DNA of 64,000 bases, taken from the NCBI GenBank assembly GCA_963748675.1, contig CAVVJX010000005.1, positions 516,462 to 580,461 on the forward strand, given 5' to 3'. The DNA is from an uncultured Chloroflexia bacterium. GTDB lineage: Bacteria > Chloroflexota > Limnocylindria > Limnocylindrales > CSP1-4. Each line of letters starts with the position of its first letter. Position 1 is the first letter of the stretch. The notes beneath the pieces are model-generated. The model was not told where the DNA came from. It ran no database searches and saw only the letters and a list, made by a program, of their open reading frames with translations. Shown piece by piece: positions 45,456-57,221 of this stretch. The translations under genes were made by a program, and so were the position numbers.

Positions 45456-46224
45456 TCAGTACCCGCCTTCGGTGCCGGCGCCGGCCGCGGCCGCGGCGCT
45501 GACCGGTGCCTGACCGGCCTTGCGCGCCCGGAAGTCGTCGATGATCGTGTTCGTCGCCGTCGCGCCGATGCGCGTCACGCCGAGCGCCATGACCTCGAGC
45601 AGCGCGTCGAGCGTCCGGACGCCGCCGGCGGCCTTGACCTGGATGTGGGGCGAGGTGTTCGCGCGCATCAGCCGCAGGTCGTCGTGGGTCGCGCCGCCCG
45701 GCGCGAAGCCGGTCGAGGTCTTCACGAAGTCGGCGCCGGCGGCCTCGGTCAGGCGGCAGGCGCGGATCTTCTCGTCGTCGGTCAGGTAGGCGTTCTCGAA
45801 GATGACCTTGACGATCGCGCCGGCCGCGTGGGCGACCTCGACGACCGCGGCGATGTCGGCCTCGACGTCGGCGTCGCGGCCGGACTTCAGGGCGCCGATC
45901 TGGATGACCATGTCGAGCTCGGTCGCGCCGTCGGCCAGCGCCTGCTGCGCCTCGAAGACCTTCGTCTCGGTCCGGTGGTTGCCGTGCGGGAAGCCGATCA
46001 TGGTCCCGACCGCCACGTCCGTGCCGTCGAGGATGGCCGCCGCGCGGAGCGACGTCGGCCGGCCGGACGCACACGCGACGCGACGTCGTACTCGGCCGCC
46101 AGCCGGCAGCCGTCCTCGACGAACGCGTCGTCGAGCTCGGGCCGCAGCAGCGAGTGGTCGATCGTCTTGGCGATGTCGCGTTCGGTCAGCGCGTCGAAGT
46201 CGATCGTCGACAAGTTCTCGCTCA
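45456..46224 (-). CDS. deoC: Deoxyribose-phosphate aldolase family (DeoC-like class I aldolase); one frameshift near 46050
   Basis: VCVRP-like N-terminus, VAVGTMIGFPHG, FVKTSTGF (Schiff-base Lys), KAAGGVRT. GTG start overlaps the upstream stop (GTGA). Confidence 0.75.
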
Positions 46225-47137
46225 CTTGATGTAGGGCCGCAGGACGTCGCGGGCGAGCAGGAAGCCGCGCTTGATCAGGTCGTCGGTCTTCTCGAAGTCG
46301 CGGTCCTCGTGCTCGATGATCACGTCGCCGTCGAAGCCGGCTCGCCACAGGGCCGCGAACAGCGGGCCCCAGTCGACGTCGCCGAGCCCGGGCAGGCGCG
46401 GGATCTGCCAGCCGATGCCCGAGCGCGAAGACGCCGCGCTCGTAGAGGCCGTCGCGGTCGATCATCAGGTCCTTGGCCTGCACGTGGAGGATGTGCGGCC
46501 CGAACTCGCGGATGAACCGCGGGATGTCGATCATCTGGAGGATCAGGTGCGACGGGTCGAAGTTGAGCCCGATCGTGCCGCCCCACTGCTCGAGGATCCG
46601 GCGCCAGATGCGCGGCGTCGTCGCGAGGTTGTGCCCGCCCGGCCACTCGTCGTCGCTGAACAGCATCGGGCAGTTCTCGATCGTGATCTGCCGGCCGTGG
46701 TCCTCCGCGAAGGCCACGATGTCCGGCCAGACCTGGAGCGCCTCCTCCCAGTTCTGCGTCCTGGGTCTTCGCGGCGTCGGCGCCCATGAACGTGTTGACG
46801 AACGGGACGTCCATCTTCTCGGCGGCCGTGATGACGTGCTTCAGGTGGCCGATGACGGTCTCGCGATGCGCCGGATCCGGATGGAGCGGGTTCGGGTAGT
46901 AGCCGAGCCCGGAGATCGCGAGGCCCTTGCCCCGGATCTCGCCGGCCAGCTCGGTCGCCTGCCGCGCCGACAGGTTCGCGACATCGATGTGGGAGGTGCC
47001 GGCGTAGCGGCGGGTCGGCCCGCTCGAGCGCGGCCAGCAGGCGATCTCGATGCTCTCGAAGCCGTTGGCGGCCGTCCAGTCGACGACGTCGGCGAGCGGC
47101 GTCTCGGGGAACGGCGCGGTCAGCAGACCGAGCCTCA
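46221..47137 (-). CDS. Sugar-phosphate isomerase/epimerase (xylose-isomerase-like TIM barrel); frameshifted twice
   Basis: MRLGLLTAPF...FESIEIA...ITIENCPM...FDPSHL...HVQAKD over three frames (46320..47408, 45998..46717). Confidence 0.7.
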
Positions 47138-48354
47138 TCGGGACGCCTGCGCGGTGACGGGCTGCGATCGCGGGACGCCCGATCGATCGACATCCACCCA
47201 GCGGCCTTCGCGCGCGCTCTCGGCGATCGCGTCGCCGACGAGCATCTCGTCGTGGCCGTCCGCGAACGTGGGATAGCCGGGGTGGGAGGAGGGCTCCCCG
47301 GCCACCACGTCCGCGTAGACGGCCCGGAAATGGGCACAGAACGTGTCGAAGAAGCCTTCGACGTGACCGTCCAGGCAGGGCGGCGGCCGCCTTGCCCGCC
47401 GCGCCCATGAGTGCAGGGTTTCGGATGAGGATCTCGTTCGGCCGGTCGCGGTGGCCGACCCACGCCTGGTCGGGCTGCTCGGAATCCCAGGCCCAGGCCC
47501 CGTCGGATCCGTCGATCTCGTAGATGGAGCGAGTTCTTCCGGCCCGCGCTGATCTGGCTGATGCTCACCGCGCCACGGGCGCCGCCGTCGAAGCGGAGCA
47601 GGATCGAGGCGGTGTCCTCGGTCGCGATCTCGCGCTCGACGGCGTCCGTCGAGCGGTCGGTCGAGAACGTCTCGACCGGGCCGGTCGGCTCGCGCCGCGT
47701 GCCGATGAAGGTCGACAGATCGGCCATGACGGCACTGACGTGCTGGCCGGTCACGAAGGTCATGAGGTCGAGCCAGTGCGACCCGATGTCGCCGACCGCC
47801 CGGAGCGCGCCGCCGCGGTCCGGCTGGAGGCGCCAGTTCCAGTCGCTCTCGAGCAGCAGCCAGTCCTGGAAGTAGCGTCCGGTCACGAGCCGGACGTCGC
47901 CGAGGCCGCCGTCCGCGATGAGCTCGCGAGCGTGCTGGTTGAGCGGGTAGTAGCGGATGTTGAAGTTCGTCGCGTTGACGAGGCCACTCGCCGCGGCGAG
48001 GTCGACGAGTTCCGCCGATTCCGCGGCCGACATCGCCAGCGGCTTCTCGCACACGACGTGCTTGCCGGCCGCGAGGATGTCGCGGCTCTGGCTGACGTGC
48101 AGGTCGTTCGGGGAGGTGACGTGGACGACGTCGACGGTGTCGTCCGACAGCAGGTCCTCAAGGGAGTCGTAGGCGCGTGGGACGCCGAGCGCGTCGACCC
48201 GCGCCTGGCCACGTTCCGGCGTGCTGCCGAGCACGCCGCGGACCTGCACGCCGATCCGCCGCAGTGCCTCCACGTGGACCGTGCCGATGAACCCCGTCCC
48301 GATGACGGCGGCGCCGATGTCGGCGATCGTTCTCACCGTTGCTGTCTCACCCAC
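47135..48354 (-). CDS. Gfo/Idh/MocA-family NAD(P)-dependent oxidoreductase; frameshifted
   Basis: AVIGTGFIGTVHVEAL Rossmann fold, EKPLAMS, and a C-terminal alpha/beta domain from ORF 47135..48052. Translationally coupled to the TIM-barrel gene. Confidence 0.75.
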
Positions 48355-48597
48355 TGGCTGGTGCGCACAAACGTCTAGACATTCTAGCGGACGCTCGCCG
48401 CGGACCGGATCTGGTCTGGTGTCGCGCGCTCAAGGGGCCCTCCGGGTTCTCCACCCACCCCTTGCCGACGCATCATCCTAGTTTGTCCTGTCAAGTGCAA
48501 AAGAGGCTCGGATTTCACTCCTGGCGAGGGGGGATCCGTTCGGAGCGCGAATGAACGGGGTTGGGTGCTTCTGCACACCATAGCAGTACTTTAGTTC

Positions 48598-48617
48598 TTG
48601 ACAGAGATAAGTATAGT
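48598..48617 (+). promoter_or_regulatory. AT-rich promoter-like element: TTGACA (48598) and TATAGT (48612) hexamers, flanked by a partial inverted repeat ACTtTAG...TAtAGT
   Basis: Only ~40% GC over about 80 bp in a ~70% GC background, roughly 95 bp upstream of the ATG at 48712. The hexamer spacing (8 nt) is non-canonical, so the exact -35/-10 assignment is uncertain. Confidence 0.35.
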
Positions 48618-48711
48618 AGGCCGAGGACGCCAGGTTGCCAGCCCAGCGGCACGTGCTACCACCAACGCGCCACGGACACCGCGGGCCGACCTGACTGTCG
48701 AAGGAGGCACG

Positions 48712-49971
48712 ATGGTGCTCGACACGAAGCTCAGCCGGCGTCGATTGCTCCAAGCGGGCGCCGCCGGCGCCGCAGCGGCCGCGCTCTTACCTCTCGGTCC
48801 ATCGGGGGTCTTTGCGGCCGGCAAGGGCCGGCTCATCCCAGCAGGTAAAGTGGGGACGATCACCTTCACCCAGCGAGATGTGCCCGGCCGCATGGGCATC
48901 TCGACCGGCAACGCCACGATGGGGTTCCTCGGGGGCGCCAACTTCCCTGAGGATCCGACCGACCTCGGACCGCTCGTTCCGCTGCCGGGCGGCTGGAAGG
49001 AACTCTTCGAATACCTCGGCGGTGTCGGGTTCACGCAGATCGAGTTCGCGGGCTACACCCAGAACGGCGCGAACCCGGGTGGTGCTCAGCCCAGCCCGAC
49101 GACCAACCGCGCCGGCTATCTCGCCTACGCGTCCACCCTGCGCGGGTTCCTCGACGACAACGGTCTCGAGGCCATCGGCAACCACGGCTTCATCCCCAAT
49201 ACGTGGCCCGGACCGAGCAGCCCCGGCGGCGGGATGTCGACCGCCGATTACGACCGGTTCCAGACCGAGCTCGAATTCGCGTCCATCCTCGGCATGCCCT
49301 TCATGGGTACCGGCAACGACCCGACCAGCGCGAACATTCGCAGCGTCGCGTCGTGGACCATCGCGGGCGAGAAGTGGGAAGCGCTAAACACGCTCACCCT
49401 GGCCTGGGGCATCCACCTCTATCCGCACAACCACTCACCCGCCTACAACTTCCTCCAGGACGGTCCGCTCGTAACCGTCACCGAGCATCGCTTGACGGGC
49501 GCACCGATCGCCCCGACGCAGGTCCCTGCCGAATCCGGCAAGCGGTTGATGGAGTTTTACCTCGAGATCACCGATCCGGAGTCGTGCCTTATCGAGATGG
49601 ACATCTTCTGGGCGTACGTCGCCCAGCACCAGCACCGCTGGCGCTACGACGAGAACGGTGACCGGGTCGAGCACGTGTTCGATCCGCTGGCGCTCGTGGC
49701 GAGTCAGCCCAAGCGCTTCCCGTTGTATCACGCCAAGGACGGCGACAAGGTCGACGGCGCCCCGCTGACCGACAACGGTTACAACATGATCCCGTTTGGT
49801 GACCCCAGGAGTGATATCGACTTCGCGACCTTCTTCAAGGAGCAGGGCGCGAAGGGCTTCCACAATCCCAACTACGAGCAGGACAACGCTCCGGGCGGCG
49901 GTGCCGATCCTGGTCGGTCCCTGCGGTTCTCCCACATCAGCGCAGCGAACATGAACGCCCTTCGCGGGTAG
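48712..49971 (+). CDS. Tat-secreted xylose-isomerase-like TIM-barrel protein (sugar-phosphate isomerase/epimerase family)
   Basis: RBS GAAGGAGG. MVLDTKLSRRRLLQAGAAGAAAAALLPLG twin-arginine signal. No frameshifts. Codon usage is visibly less GC3-biased than in neighbouring genes. Confidence 0.75.
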   Translation: MVLDTKLSRRRLLQAGAAGAAAAALLPLGPSGVFAAGKGRLIPAGKVGTITFTQRDVPGRMGISTGNATMGFLGGANFPEDPTDLGPLVPLPGGWKELFEYLGGVGFTQIEFAGYTQNGANPGGAQPSPTTNRAGYLAYASTLRGFLDDNGLEAIGNHGFIPNTWPGPSSPGGGMSTADYDRFQTELEFASILGMPFMGTGNDPTSANIRSVASWTIAGEKWEALNTLTLAWGIHLYPHNHSPAYNFLQDGPLVTVTEHRLTGAPIAPTQVPAESGKRLMEFYLEITDPESCLIEMDIFWAYVAQHQHRWRYDENGDRVEHVFDPLALVASQPKRFPLYHAKDGDKVDGAPLTDNGYNMIPFGDPRSDIDFATFFKEQGAKGFHNPNYEQDNAPGGGADPGRSLRFSHISAANMNALRG

Positions 49972-50129
49972 CGCTCACTCGACCCCCGCGACCGGTAGGG
50001 GCGCCCGGGCCGTCACGGCTCCGGGCGCTCAACCGTTCGTCATCGGCCAACGACCCGACGTCCGCCCGCGCTCCTCGGCGCGCGCGAGCTGATCGATTCG
50101 CCCCGTGCAGGGACTGGAGGCAGGATCCG

Positions 50130-53100
50130 TTGCGCAAGGCCATCACGTTGTTGGGCCTGCTGGCCCTCGTCGGCTCGCTCGCGGCGCCCTCGGTGGCGCT
50201 GTCGGCGCCAGCCGAGAAGTACCGGGTCTTCGTGTTCACGAACGGCGCCCCGGCCTATGCCCAGAAGGGCGTCAAGGCGATCAGGGATCTCGGCAAGGCC
50301 AACGGGTTCGGGGTCCAGTCGAACGGCGACGCCGGATTGTTCACCGAGGCCGACCTCGGCCGCTTCCGGGCGGTCGTCTTCCTCGATACCACCGGCAGTC
50401 CCCTGAATGCCGCCCAGGAGGCCGCCTTCGAGGCGTACTTCCGCAACGGCGGCGGGTTCGTCGGCGTCGGGTCGGCCGTGGAGACCGAGCCCGATTGGCA
50501 GTTCCTCACGGACATCCTCGGGACGCGCTCGGCGGGCAAGCTCGGCGCCCAGACGGTCACGAACAAGGTCGCAGACCGCGGGCACGACGCGAGCAAGAAC
50601 CTGCCCGAGTACTGGAACCTCAACGACACCTACTACAACTGGGCCTCGAATGTCCGCGGCCTGAGCCACGTGCTGACCACGGTCAGCGACGCCCCCTTCA
50701 ACCGCACCGGCGACGGACCGACGATCAATGCCCTGACCGGCGGCACCATGGGCGCCGATCACCCGGTCACCTGGTGCAAGGACTACCAGGGTGGTCGCTC
50801 GTACTACACGAACCACGGCGCCTCCTCCGCTGCGTGGAACGACGCAAACCTCGTCAAGGAGCTGCTCGGCGCGATCGAGTGGGCTGCCGGCGAGTCCGAT
50901 CCCGTGTACAGCGACTGCGGCGCGACGGTCCGCGCGAATTACCAGCAGTCGTTCGTTGCAGCACCGCCGAACCTGAGCGAACCGATCGGGTTCGACGTGC
51001 TCCCCGACGGCTCCGGCCGCGTGATCCAGACCGACCGTCGCGGTGGCGTCCGGCTGCACGACCCGGCCACGAACTCGACGACCCTCATCGCCCAGATCCC
51101 GGTCTATATCGCGAACGAGGACGGGATGTACGGGCCCGAGGTGGACAACGACTTCAACACGAACAAGTGGGTCTACCTGTTCTACTCGCCGCCGACCGTC
51201 GAGGACGTGAAGTTCGCGGACGGGACGCTCCATACCGTGACCACGCCGCTGAACGACCCGGCGACGCCGCAGAACGAGCAGAACGCGCCCAACATCGCGG
51301 GTGCGCTGAGCGCGTGGGATCCGTACGTCGGCTACTTCCAGCTCTCTCGCTTCAAGCTCGTCGATGCGAGCGGTGCCACGCCGGCCCACCTCGACGTGAC
51401 CAGCGAGCAGCAGATCCTGCGGGTCCCGAACAACCGCGGCGCGTGCTGCCACGTCGCGGGCGACATCGACTTCGATTCGCACAACAACCTGTGGCTGGTC
51501 ACCGGCGACGACACGCCGTCGGGCGGTGGCAACTCCGGTGGATTCTCGCCGTTCAACGGCCAGCTCACCAATGAGAGCCAGACAGTCGCCGTCGCCAACG
51601 CGACCGGCGGCACGTTCACGCTGACATTCGACGGCCGGACGACGCAGCCCATCGCGTTCCCGCTCGATAACGCGCAGATCGAGGCGGCTCTCGAAGGGCT
51701 GTCCAACCTCGACGACGTCGCGGTGACCGGGACCGGCACCCGGACGGTCAACTTCCGCGGCAACAAGGCCGAGCAGGACGTTCCGCTGATGACGGCGGAC
51801 GCCTCAGGGCTGACGGGTACCACGCCGACCGTCACCGTCGCGATGGCGACGGTCAATAACGGCCAGGGCACCAACATCCCCGCCGATGGCGGCCTGTTCA
51901 ACGCGCCGCACGTGGACGCTCGCCGGACCGCGCAGAACACCGGCCACCTGGGCGGCAAGCTGCTACGCATCACGGTCAAATCGGGCGACATCGGCGAGGC
52001 CGAGGAAAACGACCTCGGCGGCGCCTATACCGTCCCTGCCGGCAACCTGTTCCCCGCCGGTACGGCTCGCACCCGACCCGAGATCTATGCGATGGGCTTC
52101 CGCAACCCGTTCCGGCTCACGCTGGACAAGGACGACGTGGCCTACGTCAGCGACTATTCGCCCTGACTCGCAGGTGCCACAGCAGTTCCGCGGTCCGTCC
52201 GGGACCGGGCGGTTCGAGATCGTCCGCGCGCCCGCGAACTACGGCTGGCCGCTCTGCTACAAGACCGACCTCCCGTACTACAAGTGGGACTTCAACACCT
52301 CCACGCCGCTCCCCGTGGGTGCGCCGGAGCCGCACGACTGCGACGACCCCACCCGCGGGCCGCAGAACACCTCGCGCTGGGTGGCGAACGGTGGTCCGGC
52401 CGTCGACCCAGGTCTTGAGTACGGGCCACCGATCACGAATCCCGAGATCTGGTACTCGTATCGCGACAACCAGGCGGCTCCCAACGGACCGCAAGGGACC
52501 CAGTGCTTCGCGAGCTATGGGCCCGGCGCACCGGCCAACCCGGTCGGCGCGTGCCCGCAGCTGTTCCCGGAGCTCTTCACGGGCGGCGTCGGACCGCACG
52601 GCACCGCGCCGTACGACTTCGACCCGTCCAACCCGAATCCCACGAAGTTCCCGCCGTACTGGGACGGGGCCTGGATCGCCGGCGAGTTCACCCAGGACAC
52701 GCTGCGCGAGGTCCGCATGGACTCGAACGACGAGGTCCACAAGATCAACAACACGCTGCCGTGCGGCCCGGTGCCAGCGACCCCGACGCGGCCGTGGCTC
52801 TGCGACAACCCCATGGACATGGAATTCGGGCCTGACGGCACGTTCTACCTGCTCACCTACGGTGATGGCTTCTTCGCCATCAACCCGGACGCCGGGATGA
52901 TGCGCTGGGAGTACGTCAAGGGACTCCGCGCGCCGGTCGCCGTGATCTCAGCCACGCCGACCGATGGTCCGGCGCCGCTGACCGTGGCCTTCTCGAGCGC
53001 CGGCTCGAATGACGCCGACCCCGGCGATTCGATCCGCTTCGAGTGGGACTTCGACGGCAACGGCACGGTCGACTCGATCGAGCCGAACCCGACCCACACG

Positions 53101-53940
53101 TACACGACGACCGGGCAGTTCACGGCCAAGCTATCCGTGATCGATTCGAGCGGCAAGGTCGGGTCGGCGAACACTACGATCACGGTCGGCAACACGGCGC
53201 CGGTGGTGACCATCAACGCGCCGGTCGAAGGCGGGACGTTCGTCTTTGGCGAGGACATCCCGTTCACGGTGACGGTCACCGACCCGGAGGACGGTGCGAT
53301 CGACTGCGCCGACGTCCAGGTGACCTTCGTCCTCGGCCATGACACGCACGGCCACGCCGAAGCGTCGACCTCCGGCTGCTCCGGCGTCCTGCCGACCGAC
53401 CCGGAGGGCGTGTCGCACGGCGGCAACGTGTTCGGCGTCATCAGCGCGTCGTACACCGACGGCGGGGGCGCCGGCGGTGTTCCGACCCTGACCACCGTCG
53501 CCCAGAACCAGATCCGCCAGAAGCGTCAGGAAGTGGAGTTCGTCGTCAACCAGTCCGGCACGAATGTTGCCGGCTCCACCGACGTCGGCGGTGGCTCCCA
53601 GCGTGGCGGCCTCAGCGCCGGCGACTGGCTCCAGCTCAACGGGCCGTTCAACCTGCTCAACATCGACTCGATCACGTTCCGTACGTCCGGCGGCAACAAC
53701 GGGGTCGCCAGTGGCGCGGTCGAGATCCATCGCGACACGGTCGATGGACCGATCGTGAGCACCGTGACCATCGTCGGTACCGCCAGCGGTGGGACCTACG
53801 CCAGCCAACCGTTCCCGATCGCAGACAGCGGGACCCACGAGTACTTCCTGGTCTTCCGCGCCGTCCCGACCGGACCCGGCAACAACTTCTTCAACCTCAA
53901 CTGGATCGAATTCGGAGGACCGGGGGTCTCGATCCCCTGA
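50130..53940 (+). CDS. Secreted multidomain protein: ThuA-like domain, glucose/sorbosone-dehydrogenase-like (PQQ-type) beta-propeller, PKD domain and a C-terminal carbohydrate-binding (CBM6/35-like) domain; one frameshift near 52160
   Basis: TTG start with GGAGG, and a Sec signal. YRVFVFTNGAPAY...FLDTTG (ThuA). RGACCHVAGDIDFD...EIYAMGFRNPFR (GSDH propeller). PLTVAFSSAGSNDADPGDSIRFEWDFDGNG (PKD). The NLNWIEF C-terminus (CBM). ORFs 50130..52166 and 51886..53940 are joined by a CCC versus CC indel. Confidence 0.75.
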
Positions 53941-53956
53941 GCGTCTCTCCAGCCCG

Positions 53957-53983
53957 GGGACGGTCCGGCTCACGGACCGTCCC
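53957..53983. terminator. Bidirectional hairpin with an 11-bp perfect stem (GGGACGGTCCG gctca CGGACCGTCCC) between convergent genes
   Basis: Seen in sequence between the stop of the ThuA-fusion gene (+) and the stop of the DUF1080 gene (-). Confidence 0.45.
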
Positions 53984-53990
53984 GACCGGA

Positions 53991-54734
53991 TCACGTCAGC
54001 CGGCGGATCCGGACGTTCCGGAACCACACCTCCTCGCCGTGATGCTGGAGGACCACGCCGCCGGCGTCGGCCGCCATGAAGCCCGGCAGGTCGCGGAACT
54101 TGCTGGCGTCGACCAGGGTTCGCACGTCGGCGCCGCCCCACTCGTAGTCGACCACACGGCTGCCGTTGAGCCAATGCTCGACCTGTCCCCCGTGGACCAC
54201 GATCCGCCCCGTGTTGAACGTCCCGACCGCCTCCAGGCGCTTGTCCGCATTCGGAGCGATCAGCCCGTAGAGCGCCGCTGCCGAAGTCCGCGGATCGCGG
54301 CCGTCCGGGTGTCCGCTGTCGTCGAGCACCTGGTATTCGGGACCGGTCGTCCACGAGGGCGCGTCACTCTCGACGACACGGTAGAGGACGCCGCTGTTGC
54401 CGCCCGGGCTCACGCGCCAGTCGAATTCGAGCTCGAAATCGTCGAAGGTTTCGCGCGTGACGAGGTCGACGCCGGCACCGGGCAGGGCATGGAGCTCCGC
54501 GTCCTCGACGACCCAGCTGGTCGGGAAGGCGTCCGACCCGTAGCCGCGCAGCGCCGCAGTGGACGTGCCGTCGAACAAGGCGATCCAGGGACCTTCCACG
54601 GGCGTGACCTCCGGCGTTGTGGCGATGGGTGCGGGGGAGCCGATCGGGCCGACACACGCGGCCGCCGCGAGCACCGTCGCGAGCATCGCGGCGCCCGCCA
54701 TCCGAAGCGCATCGGGCCTCGCCGACTCCTTCAT
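53991..54734 (-). CDS. DUF1080-family lipoprotein (LamG-like jellyroll; family members reported as 3-keto-disaccharide hydrolases)
   Basis: MKESARPDALRMAGAAMLATVLAAAAC lipoprotein signal. WxVEDGEL-type motifs (WVVEDAELHALPG, GNSGVLYRV, FRNVRIR) typical of DUF1080. Confidence 0.75.
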   Translation of the reverse strand: MKESARPDALRMAGAAMLATVLAAAACVGPIGSPAPIATTPEVTPVEGPWIALFDGTSTAALRGYGSDAFPTSWVVEDAELHALPGAGVDLVTRETFDDFELEFDWRVSPGGNSGVLYRVVESDAPSWTTGPEYQVLDDSGHPDGRDPRTSAAALYGLIAPNADKRLEAVGTFNTGRIVVHGGQVEHWLNGSRVVDYEWGGADVRTLVDASKFRDLPGFMAADAGGVVLQHHGEEVWFRNVRIRRLT

Positions 54735-54803
54735 CCGGCCATGGTCCCCCAATCGCCCGATCCCGTCCGTTCGGGAGCCGACGCCCGGGCGCTATCATCG
54801 CGT

Positions 54804-56121
54804 GGTGACTGAGGGGCCGACGGAGTTGGTACGTGCGCCGGTCGTTGGGCCGCATCAGCCACTTCCCGACGAGGTCCTCGACGCCCTCGTCACCGTGCTC
54901 GACGAGGTCCGCCTCGGGCGGTCGCGCTCCCGGTCCGAGCTCGTGACGAGGACCGGCCTCGGCCGGGCGATCGTGGCGCGACGGGTCCAGGAGCTGATCG
55001 ATCGCGGCCTGCTGAGCGAAGGCGAGGTCGGCCCGAGCACGGGCGGCCGACCGCCGCGACACCTCGCCTTCTGTGCGGACGCCGGGCACGTCCTGGTCGC
55101 GGACCTCGGTGCGACGAGCATCGACGTGGCCGTCACGAGCCTGGATGGCCGGATCCTTGGCCACCACGACGAGCCCGCCCGGATCGAGGACGGCCCAGAG
55201 CGGGCGCTCGAGCGCGTGGACGCCCTGTTCGAGTCCTTGCTGCGCACGACGCAGGACATCCCCGGCCGGCTATGGGGCATCGGCATCGGTGTCCCGGGGC
55301 CTGTGGAGTTCGACTCGGGGCGGCCGATCTCGCCGCCGATCATGCCGGGCTGGGACGGCTACCCGATCCGGGAACGCTTCACCCAGCGCTATCAGGCGCC
55401 GGTCTGGGTCGACAACGACGTCAACCTGCTGGCGCTCGGAGAGTGGCGATCCGGCGTCGCGTCGGGTCACGACAACGTCGTCGTCGTCAAGATCGGGACC
55501 GGGATCGGCGCCGGCATCATCTCCGATGGCCGCCTGCATCGAGGGGCTCAGGGCAGCGCCGGCGACGTGGGCCACATCCAGGTCACGGACGACCCGGCGG
55601 TCGTGTGCCGATGCGGTAATACCGGGTGCCTGGAAGCGCTCGCCGGCGGCGCCGCGCTCGGGCGCGCAGGCGAGGCCGCCGCACTCGACGGTCGGAGCCC
55701 CAGGCTGCAGGCGGCCCTCGACCTGCACGGCAGCCTGTCGGCTGAGGATGTCGCTCGGGCGGCCTCATTCGGTGACCCGGTCGCCGTGGCGCAGCTGCAG
55801 GCCGCCGGTCGGTTGGTCGGCTCGATGCTGGCGGGCATCGTGAACTTCTTCAATCCGTCGCTGATCGTCATCGGTGGCGGCGTCGCCAACAGTCCGGACC
55901 AGCTCATGGCCGCGATCCGCGGGACGATCTATCGACGGTCCCTGCCCCTCGCGACGCGAGACCTGTCGATCCAGCGCTCCTCGCTCGGTGCGCTGGCCGG
56001 TGTGATCGGCGCCTCCTCGATGGTCGTCGACCAGTTGTTCGCCCGGGGTGCCCTCGCCCGCTGGATCGAGGCCGGTGACCCGGCGTCGACGCCGGACCTG
56101 CCCCTCGCGCGCGCCGGCTAG
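54804..56121 (+). CDS. ROK-family transcriptional repressor (N-terminal HTH plus sugar-kinase-like domain)
   Basis: [31 protein letters not shown], then the ROK fold with [11 protein letters not shown]. Confidence 0.75.
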
Positions 56122-56124
56122 CCC

Positions 56125-57221
56125 ATGGGAGTCGCACAAACCCGCGTCGGGTTCATCGGCGCGGGGATCATGGCCCGCCATCACCTCGGGGAGATCCTCG
56201 ACGGGGCTTCCGACACGGAGGTCGTCGCCATCTGCGAGCCGTCGGCGGTCGCCTACGCGGCGGCGGCCCAGCTGTTCGACCAGCACGGCCTGCCGGTTCC
56301 GCCGAACGAGCCCGACTGGACCAGGTTCGTCGAGAGGTACTCCGGCCAGCTCGACGCCGCGTTCATCATCACCCCGCACGTCCTGCATTTCGCCCAGGCG
56401 ACGGCCTGCCTCGAGGCGGGCTTCGACGTCCTGCTCGAGAAGCCGATGGTCATGACCGCCAGCGAGGCGACGGCGCTCATCGACGACGCGCGACCGGACC
56501 GGGCGACTGCTCGTCGTCGCGTTCCAGGGCAGCCTCTCGCCCCAGGTCCGGGAGGCGGCCCGGATGCTGCGCTCGGGCGAGCTCGGGCCGATCCTCAACA
56601 TCAGCGCGGTCGTCTGGCAGGACTGGGCGACCCTGACCGAGGGCACCTGGCGCCAGCAGCCCGAGCTGTCCGGCGGCGGGTTCCTCTTCGATACCGGTGC
56701 CCACATGCTCAACACGGTGTCCGACCTCGCCGGTGAGGACTTCGCCGACGTGGCCGCATGGCTGGAAGACGACGGCCGGCCCGGTCGACATCCGGGCCGC
56801 CGTGATGGGCCGGCTCGTGTCTGGGGCCCTCGTCACGATGAACGCCGTTGGCAGCGCCATCCCGTCCTGCCATTCGGACATCCGCGTGTTCACGTCTAGG
56901 GCGATCCTCCGAACCGGGATCTGGGGCGAGCGACTCGAGTTGCAGCGAGCCGGGTCGGCGCGCCTGCGACGGGTCAGCTCCGTGGCCCCGATGCAGATCT
57001 GGGACCAGTTCCTCAACGTTCGGGCGGGGCGCACCGTCAACCCGAGCCCGCCCGAAGTCGGGCTGCGGATGGCGCGCCTCTGGGACGCGATCCGCGAATC
57101 GACCGAGCACGGCGGCGCCGTCATCTCCCTGCCGCGCACGGTGCCTGAGGCGCCCGAGGCGCCCGCGGAACCGGCCGGACCGGCCGGACCGAACCTCGCC
57201 GAGGCCGTCCGTCCAGTGACC
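56125..57221 (+). CDS. Gfo/Idh/MocA-family oxidoreductase; frameshifted at least twice
   Basis: [14 protein letters not shown] Rossmann fold, EKPM. The C-terminal parts are in ORFs 56564..56899 and 56697..57437. A +1-frame TGA overlaps the GTG of the next gene. Confidence 0.65.
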
